From the human T2T-CHM13v2.0 reference genome, Homo sapiens: a stretch of 64,000 bases of DNA. Below the pieces are notes generated by a model. It saw only the letters and a program-made list of their open reading frames with translations. It was not told where the DNA came from and made no database searches. Below, one piece after another: positions 53,687-64,000 of the stretch (its first letter is position 1; each line of letters opens with the position of its first letter). The DNA is taken from assembly GCF_009914755.1 (NCBI RefSeq), contig NC_060928.1. One strand, 5' to 3'. The translations under genes were made by a program, and so were the position numbers.

Positions 53687-56600
53687 TAGCATTAATATAG
53701 CACAGCATGAATGTGGCTCCATCCTGACGTTGTTTAATATTCCATAGTTTACTTCCTTTAGATTCTTGCTGTTCTGTCATAACAAACCTGGAGCTCTAGG
53801 GGGTGTAGAAAAGCCTATGGTAACTAATCCTTTTGTAGTCATCCTTTCTCATTTGGAAGCTATTTTCAGAGGAACAACTGCTGTAAAAGGCATGAAGCAA
53901 TCTGACAGCTGATGTACATTCTGCTTGGCTTGCCTTCCACATTATAAGTTAAGATCACTCTCGATTCTTTTTTTTCTCTGGACAAGTCTCATACAATCTT
54001 GTCTTTATTGTCCATCCCACATGGTTTAGCTTGATTTCTTTTACCTTACATTATATAAATCACTCAAAATAAGTTCTATCATCTTTTTTATCAAGCTATT
54101 AAGTTGGAATTCATATTTATTGCTTATTATTTAACTCCATTTCTATTGCTTATTTATTTAACCCTTCATATTTGTTAATTGATTTACTAACATATTTTGT
54201 GTGCAAAGTCTACTTTTATTTGTAACTTCTGAGAAAATATAAAGTTATTGTAGTCTCAAAGCATATGACTCAAAAAAATTTTAATATATATTACGTGCAA
54301 GGTAATATTTCACTCTCTCCTTTTCTTTAAATTCTAGCAACTAACTTGAGAAAGCAATGCTTTATAACTTGCATTTTGATTCTTATAAAGGAAATTCAAC
54401 TTTGTTTATAAGCAACGTATAGCATCAGTTTTAAATGTTAAGAAAAATATTCAGGTCCTCTTAGGAGCTGATTTGAGCCATTCCAGATATATTAGTGGCA
54501 TTTTCAGAATGCCTCCTTATTTCCCCTGTATTGACAAGGAATGCAGCCTTTCACCACTACAATATTGAGACCTAGAAGCTTGAGACCCGGGAAGAGTATT
54601 GAGCATAATGTTTTCATATTACACCTTCCATAAAGCAAGAGGAACAGAATCAAAGACTTTTAGATGCTCCCCACGCAATGTAATCATAACTAAGAGGTCC
54701 GTTGTTGTTTTCTATTTTCTGCAATACAGAACCACTGTACTGGATTCAACTTGGTTCTCATGTTTTACTGTAATGTCAAATTAGCTTGGAATAAAATGAG
54801 AATAATTCTGAGTCAGATACCAGAACTGAATTCATACCAATCCAAAGTTCCAAAATTCATGCCTTATTTAAAATTTCATGCATCTTTGTGTTTCCAGCTT
54901 CAAGTAGTTTACTTGAAATTATTTTTTAGCTTTTCTGATCAATGTGGCAAAAATCAGATGATCACTGGAGTTTGTGACAAAATTGTTTACCTTAAAATAG
55001 ACCTTTCATGTTATTATTTTCTAATGACATCCTAATCATAAAACAGTCAGTCCATTTAATGTATTCTAGCCTAAATCATGTGTTGGAATCTACTGTTAGC
55101 TCTGACATAGATCTATAAGGGTAAGAAGTTTTTTTTCCTTTTTTTTATAAACATAACTATTGTTTTTATAAAAAATATGTGGGAGAAAACACACAATTAT
55201 ATATCAAAGTGGGGGAAACCCTCAAAACCACTATCTCACCACCAGTAAATCCTAGCCACGTAAAGTCAGCTGAAGCCCTCCCTCCCATGTCACTGGATGA
55301 GTACCAGCTCCCTTAAGAGGAGTCACATGCTCTGTCTTTGTTGGAATGTCAAGTATTTCAGATAACATGGGGATAATCAGACTCTTTCCAAGCTCATCCC
55401 AGATGAAATAACTTCAGTACTTTATGAAACCGCTCAAATATTTTTCTTCTCTTATTTCCTCTGACATTTTATATGGAACTTTACTATTTGTGTATAGCAT
55501 GATGTTTAGAGATCTGGAGCTAGGGGAGTATAATTTTTTCTCAGGATGCATAATAAAATGGACTTCAGAGAAACTTTTTTGGGAATGATCCTCCAAACTT
55601 TCAAACATTTTACAGGAGTAAAAATCTGGATAATTTAAGATAAAACATGCAACTGCTTTGATCTTAATTGTAAGACTAAATAAATCAAATTTTGCCTGGA
55701 TTGTCCTTTATAAAGATAAATTGAAAAGGATGTTCCAGTCGAAATCCCCTTCTCCTGCCTTCTCTCCTTTCCCCTTGTGCATCAGAATTTTTTTTCAGCC
55801 TCATAACTCATTTAATTTTTATTACTACTTACCAAAACATTTAGCTTGGAGGAGTATAAAATGTGACAATGAGTTGGCTAAATCACTTGTTGTCCTCTTA
55901 ACATGAGGTGGAAATTCAATCCCATTCTTGTAGGGGAAAGAGATTGCAGCCGGTGAGTCTTTGAGATAAATCACTAGAAAAATATAAGAACCAGAAATGG
56001 GGAGTTTTACATCAGAGCCCTCATTCCATCAGGAGTGATAACCTCAAAGAATTATTAAAAAATTCTCTTCATATAGATTATAATGCTAACTGCATAGAAT
56101 GAGTGAGAGGTGGATAACTCCCAGCCTCCACTAATCACAACCCCAAATTGTTGCTCATTTTGAATCCATTGTGATTTGGTTTCAAATTATGTACTAGAAG
56201 CAAATATACTACACTCCCAACAATTGACTAATAAAAAGCATCCCAAACATGCAGGCTGCCTGCTTTTAGATTTACCTTCCTCATTATATCATAGTTATGA
56301 TTACCATCATCATCACCTTGGCCGGAAGCAGAGCTAATGGTAAAGCTGTCCTGGTTACTCTTGTGAGACAAACCTCTGTGCTTTATATAAAAGTATCTCA
56401 GCCACAGTTGTTACCATCTAACAAGTGCTATTGTAAAAGACAAAAGATAATTTGCCATTATCTATGCATGAATTAGTTGTGGAGACAAGAAAAGATGGCC
56501 TCTGATAGTCCCCACCCATGAGCCTTGTGCAATTCACCCCTAAATCTGTACATATTTTCCAGTATTAATCATATTTTTCTCTTGTTCAGTATCTCATGTG

Positions 56601-58299
56601 AAACTTGAAGACTGAATGAAGAGAGAGAGGTAGGAAAGGATAAAAGGATAGGAAGTATTAAACTGATAAAGAGATGGGGCAATCAGAATGAAATAAGGAG
56701 AGGCACTCTAGAGAAACTGGCATCTGTTTAGAAATGCTGGGGGAAAGGAATTGGAATTTTAAAAACCATAAGAAGAACTGGGAGTATGATGTTCCCTGAC
56801 TTTAAGCATGGATATTGCTGACAGTTTAGAATAAGAGCTTCATAAATAGAGAAGACCACAGTGCCTCCTAAGTAAGCTTCAGTCACCCTACAGTCCTCTC
56901 ACCTGGGTTCCAGGAGGGCTTTTTTTGGTACGTTTTTTGTTTGTTTGTTTTTTTCTCCTCATGACTGGGCAACAGCTTTCCCCAGCACACTGAAGAGAAC
57001 TGGGCAGGTTGTTTTTTTTAACTTCAGGAAGAGAGCTTAGCTTTGTGGTCTAAAAACAGGAAGCCCAGGTTCTAAATGGAGTGCTGTTGTTAATGTGGTA
57101 CCAGGGGTCCTGGGTTCCAGACGAGACATCAGATTTCACACAGAAAATGAGGAAGGCTGGATTTGCTGATACATCTAATTATAAAATTCCATGATTCTAA
57201 TTTACTGAGCTATGTGCAGAAACCAAACATCAGTGTGTTTGAGTTCCTCTATCAGTAACAAAGGAAATGATAATATTGACATAAATTGCAAGGACTCCTT
57301 GAAAAAGTACAAAGTCTAGAATTTCAGATGAAAGATTACATGAAGACCGCTTTTACTTCTCTTGTAGGAGTGTATCTTAAACTGTAACTAATCAAATCTT
57401 CAAAATCAAAATGAAGATGCCAAAAAGGCCTTTCATACCTCCTATCAAATATATAAAGTTTATAGAAGAAGAACTTAATGATTCAGTGTACAAGTTTGGT
57501 AATTTTCTGTGGTTTGTTTTAATTTTCACATTAGCATTCTCATAGCCCCAAGAAAAATAAGAGCTAGAAAGGTTTGCATGTTTTATTTTGAAAACTGGTG
57601 TGCAGTCATATCTTGTGAATTCATAAGTTTTCTGAGCATCTAACCCCTAATAAGGCACTCCAGAAAATGAGTACAAGAGAACTAGGCTAAATTGTATTTT
57701 ACACTGAAGTTGAAATTGCAGAGTTCAATTCTAGCTATGTTATTCCATCATCCTAACTTTCTTTGAAGGCTTTTTCACTCAAATATGTTTTAGACATACA
57801 TCCTATAAACAGAACTAGATTATTCTGTTTGTATAATTCAATACATTGGTAATGTCATTTTTTGAATGTTTATAGATTTATACAGTTTTTAAATAATATT
57901 TTTATTAATGACAAATTTTTGAAAACTTTATAAAATAGCCTTAGAACTCAAATCAAGACAGAGACATATGAAATAAGAAAATAAAGAATCACAGATGGTA
58001 TTCAAAATCAACTTTTTTATGTAGAGATAATTATCACAGAACTTTTTATCAATTGGAGTTTTAAGGCATTATCCAAAATCACAGTCTGGACTATGATCTT
58101 ACATGTTATATGTAATATGTACATACATGTTACTTTATAGAAGAACATATTTTATGGACTATTATTCAATTACATAGGCCAACTGTCCAGGGACAGGAGG
58201 AAGAGTTCTGTGCAAATGCAGATAATCAATAAGCCCACCCTAAAGCAAATAAGCTTCAGCTAGCTACCCTCTAGTAATTGCAGTTGCCAATCATGGTAG

Positions 58300-58795
<496 letters not shown>

Positions 58796-59119
58796 TGAAG
58801 GCAAGGATATGTATTCTAAATAAAACATATCATTTATCAAGCATCAAGATTAAACACACCGTTAAGAACCTGTGCAAGGGTTTGCAGCGAAGGGCAGGCA
58901 ACAGCTGAACTTAGAATCTGTGTGCTCAGCTGACAGCGTTCTTGACTCTGAAAGTTTAAGTAATGAGAGTGATCATGCATTAGATTCCTTAACTCACAAA
59001 TGGTTCTGAAACCCTTGCTCCAGTGACATCATAAATTTAACTATTAGAAGGGAAGGGAAGGGAAGAAAACCTTGGAAAATTTTGTTTGTGTGTTTTATTT
59101 GTTTATGCAATACATCCCT

Positions 59120-59370
59120 GACACTGATGGATGTGCCCATTAGTATGCTATTATATATTTAACAATTGCTTCTTGAATGGGGCAGCAGTAGGGATGTTTT
59201 GATTTGTAGAATTTGCAAATTTCTGTGGTATAAATGCTTCCACCATGGCCAAATTCAAGCTACCACCATGGAAGCACTAAATGCAGAGCTGGAAACAGAT
59301 ATGCAGTAGTAGAACATTACATATTTTCCCTATACAGTTACAATGGATATAAATAACCTCAAGAGCGTAA
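59120..59370. mobile_element. MER63-like hAT DNA transposon fragment
   Basis: aatttctgtggtataaatgcttccaccatggccaaattcaagctacca. Confidence 0.65.
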
Positions 59371-59964
59371 CGTCTCTTCTATCTTTTATAATCTAAATTG
59401 AACTTGCTATTTTGAATCCAGAATCAAAAAGTTGAAATATCGCATCCCCATCACATTGTCTAGTATGTTGAGGGATATTCATAGACACACTAAAAAATAA
59501 ACTTGCTCATCCTTCCATGGTCCAAACACATAGTGACAGAGACTCCAAACACTTGCAAATAAGCAAGGGTGAATATTCCCTGTAGAACTCAGCAAAGCTG
59601 ACGAGCAACTCCCGGGAAATTGTTGCAAAATACCCTCATGTACTCTGCTCTGTTTTTCTTATGCCTTTTCCATAGGCTATTTCTACCATTCCTGGGGACT
59701 GTGAAGTGCAGCATTTTGCTTTGTTTTGTTTGGGGATACTAGAGAGCCAGACAAAGCTGTTCTGCATTGCATTAGGAAGAAGTATAAAAATTTTTAAACA
59801 TTTTAATAATAGACTTTATTTTTTAGAGTTTTAGACTTGCAGGAAAGTGAGGGAGAAAGTACGATGAGTTGCTGTATAAACTTCTTCCCCGCTGCTGTTT
59901 CCTCTATTATTAGCATCTTGCATCAGTGTGTATTTGTAACAACTGATGAACCAATATTGATAAC

Positions 59965-60614
<650 letters not shown>

Positions 60615-62404
60615 TTAACTAAAGTCCATAGTTTACATTAGGATTCACTCTTTGTGTTACGCAGTTCTACGGGCTTTCACAAATGCAGTGTCGTATATCT
60701 GCCATTACAGCATCACACAGGATAGTTTCTCGGCCCTAAAAATCCTCTATGCTCCACTTATTCATCCGTCTCTCTCTACCTCCTTCCAAGTCCCTGGCAA
60801 CTACTGATCTTTATGCTACCTTCTAGTTTTGTCTTTTCCAGAATGTCAAATAGCTGGAATCATACAGTAAGTAGATTTTTCCGACTGGCTTCTTTTACTT
60901 AGAAATATACATTTAAGAATCCTTCATGTCTTTTCATGGCTTGATAGCTCTTAATTAAATTTTTTATTTTGAGTTTTTTTTAGATAATCATAGTTTCACC
61001 TGCAGTTGTTAAGATGTAATACAGGGCTATCCCATGTGCCCTTTCCCAGTGGTAACATCGAGCAAAACTATAGTACAATATCACAACCAGAATATTGACA
61101 TTGATACAGTCAAGAGACATAATATTTCCATTCCCATAAGGGTCCCTCATGTTGCCCTTTCATAGCCATACCCACTTCTCTCTAGGCCCCATCTCTCCTT
61201 AAACCCTGACCAATCACTATTCTGCTCTCCATTTCTATAATTTTTCTGTAATTTCAAGAATGATATACAAATGGAATCATACAGCATATAACCTTTTGGG
61301 AATGGCTTTTTCATTCAGTGTAATTCTCTAGAGATTCACCCGGGTCTTGTTCTCAATGATTTGTTCCCTTTTGTTGCTGAATACCATGCTGTGGATGGAC
61401 CACAGTGTTTTTAATAGTTTACCCATTGAAGTACATCTGGGTTGTTTTCAGTTTTTGATTATCAAGAAGGAAGATGCTATGAACATTTGGGTATATGATT
61501 TTTCAAGAACACAAGTTTTCATTTCACTGGGATAAATGTCCAGTATTGCAGGGTAGTTCTGCATTCAGTTTATAACAGAATTTATTAAATTGTTTTCTAG
61601 AGTGTCTGTACCATTTTATATCTTCAGCAGCTATGTATGAGTGACCCAGTTTCTCCACATCCTCACCAGCAAATGGTGCTGTCATCATTTTTCATTAAAG
61701 ACATTCTGATAGGTGTATAGTGATATATCATTGTGATTTTAATTTGCATTTCCCTAGTGACTGATGATGTTTACCATCTTTTCAAATGCTTATTTGCCAT
61801 CTGTATATCTTCTTCAGTTGAAATGCCTCTTCATGTTTTGGCCCACATTCTAATTGGATTGTTTGCTTTTTTAATAGTGAATTTTGATAGTTCTGTATTT
61901 ATGCTAGACTGTTTTCAAGGTTACATGTTTTGAAAATATTGTTTCCCATTCTGTAGCTTGTCTTTTCATCCTCTTAGTAGGGTCTGTCTCAGAGCAAAAG
62001 TTTTTCATTTTGATGATGTCCAGTTTATCAATTATTCCTTTTATGGATCGTGATTTTGGTGTTGTTTAGCAACTCTTTGCCTAGCCCTAGGTCCCAAAGA
62101 TATACTAAAGTGATTTTTCTTCCTTAGCCCATTAACATGGTGAATCTTTGCCTAGCTCTAGATCTCAAAGATACAGTAATGTGATTTTTCTTCCTTAGCC
62201 TATTAACATAGTGAATTACATTGATTGATCTTTGAATAGTGAAACAGCCTTGCCTCCCTGGATTAAACCCCACTGGCTCATGATATAAAATTCTTTTCAT
62301 ATATTGCTTAATTATATTTGCTAATAATATGTTAAGGATTTTGCTTCTAGGTGTATGTGGGATATGGGATATTGTTTTGTAATTTTTTCTGTGTGCGTGT
62401 GTGG

Positions 62405-62560
62405 TTTTTTTTTTTTTTTTTGAGATAGGGTCTCACTCTGTCTCCCATGTTGGAGTGCAGTGGCCTGATCTCAGCTCACTGCAACCACCTCCCAGGCTCA
62501 ACTGATCCTTCCACCTCAGCCTCCCAAGTAGCTGGGACCAACGCACCACCATGCCCAGCT

Positions 62561-62617
<57 letters not shown>

Positions 62618-62737
62618 GTAGAGACTTGGTTTCACCATGTTGCTCAGGCTGGTCTTGAACTCTTGAGCTCAAGCAATACACCTGCCTCAGGCCTCCCAAA
62701 CTGCTAGGATTACAGGCATGAGCCATCCCACCTGGCC
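62405..62737 (-). mobile_element. AluJ with (TG)n microsatellite (~62566-62613) in the central linker
   Basis: AluJ arms separated by ~24 TG units. Confidence 0.92.
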
Positions 62738-64000
62738 TGTCTGTGTGTGTTGTCTTTCTCTGGCTTTGGTATCAGTGTATTATTACCTTAATGAAATGAA
62801 CTAGGAAGAACTCTCTTCTATTTTGGGGCAGAGATTATGTGACATTGGTGATAATTGTTCTTTAAATATTTGGTAGAATTCTCCAGTGAAATGATTTAAG
62901 TCTGAAGCCTTTTGTGGGGTGAGGAGATTTTTAGACTATAAATTGAATTGCCTGAATAGTTATATAATTAATCAAGTACTCATTTCATGTTGGGTGAACT
63001 GAGGTAATTTGTGCTTTTTGAGGAACTGGTCAATTTTTTCTAAGTGCTCAAGTTTATGTGAATTTATATGTAGAATTGTTTGTAGTATTAATATTCTTAT
63101 TATCTGTTTGCTATCTGCAGTGTCTGTAATGATATCTCTGATTTTGTTCCTAATATTGTTAATTTGTGTCTTCTCTATATTTTCCATGTTAATCTTACTA
63201 GAGATTTATCAATTTTACTGATCTTTTAAAAACCAGCTCCATACTTCATTGATTTTCTCTGTTGTTTTTCTGTTTTTTATTTCACTGGTTTCTGCTCTTA
63301 TCTTTACTATTTCTTTCGTTCTGCTTGCTTTGAGTTTATTTTGTGCATCTTTTTTTTTTAGATTTTTTGGGGTAGACACTTATTTATTGATTTGATACTT
63401 TTTTCTTTTTTAACTGTGCATTTAGTGCTATAAATATTCCTCTCAGCACTGTGTTAACTGTTTCCCATAAATTTTGATATGCTGTATTTTCAAATTCGTT
63501 TAGTTCACTGAATTTTTAATTTCCTTTGAGACTTCCTTTTTGTCCCATGAACTATTTAGAAGTATGTTGATTAGTTTCCAAGTGTTTGGAGATTTTCCTG
63601 TTATCATTCTGTTACTAATTTCTAGTTCGGTTTTATTGTGATCAGTGCTAACAATCTGAATAATTTAACCATTTTAATTTGTTGAGGTTTATTTTATAGC
63701 CCAGGATATGGTCTATCTTGATATATATTCCACTGGCACTTGAAAGAAATGTGTGTTCTATTGTTGTTGAATAAAATATAAATGTCAATTAAGTCCTATT
63801 CGTTGCTAATATTGTAGAATTTTATATTCTTACTGCTCTTCTGCCTAGTTGTTCTATCATCTGCTGAGATGGGGGGATTGAAGTTTCCAACTATAATTGT
63901 AGATTTGTCTATTTCTCCTTTTAGTTCTACTTTTTTACTTTAAATATTTTATAGCTCTGTTTTTGGTGCATGTACATTTGGGATTTCTAGGCAATCTTTG

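Overview
This is primate (very probably human) genomic DNA, AT-rich and dominated by Alu, L1, L2, MIR, LTR and DNA-transposon relics. The only protein-coding gene I can support is the 5' end of MYOZ2 (myozenin-2/calsarcin-1) on the + strand. It has a MEF2/TATA + E-box core promoter (~52845-52882), non-coding exon 1 (~52878-53047), and exon 2 (53577-53666, encoding [25 protein letters not shown]), followed by intron 2 running off the window end. The first ~52 kb is upstream/intergenic sequence. Virtually all ORFs in the supplied track are repeat-derived or chance ORFs, and the real coding exon is too short to appear in it. I found no new gene system. The most unusual signal is a set of short, locally templated insertions: 38-76 bp pieces copied from 0.5-2.2 kb away, at ~6.1, 43.3, 51.2 and 52.1 kb, plus a duplicated L1 deletion junction at 62.1 kb. 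These look like fossil double-strand-break repair or template-switch scars, and two lie within 2 kb of the MYOZ2 promoter. Other points of interest are a young AluYb-lineage insertion, a uORF in exon 1, a polyadenylation signal immediately after the weak exon-2 donor, a strong CTCF-like motif and several candidate enhancers. Repeat subfamily names come from recalled consensus sequences, not from a database search, and old-repeat boundaries are approximate.
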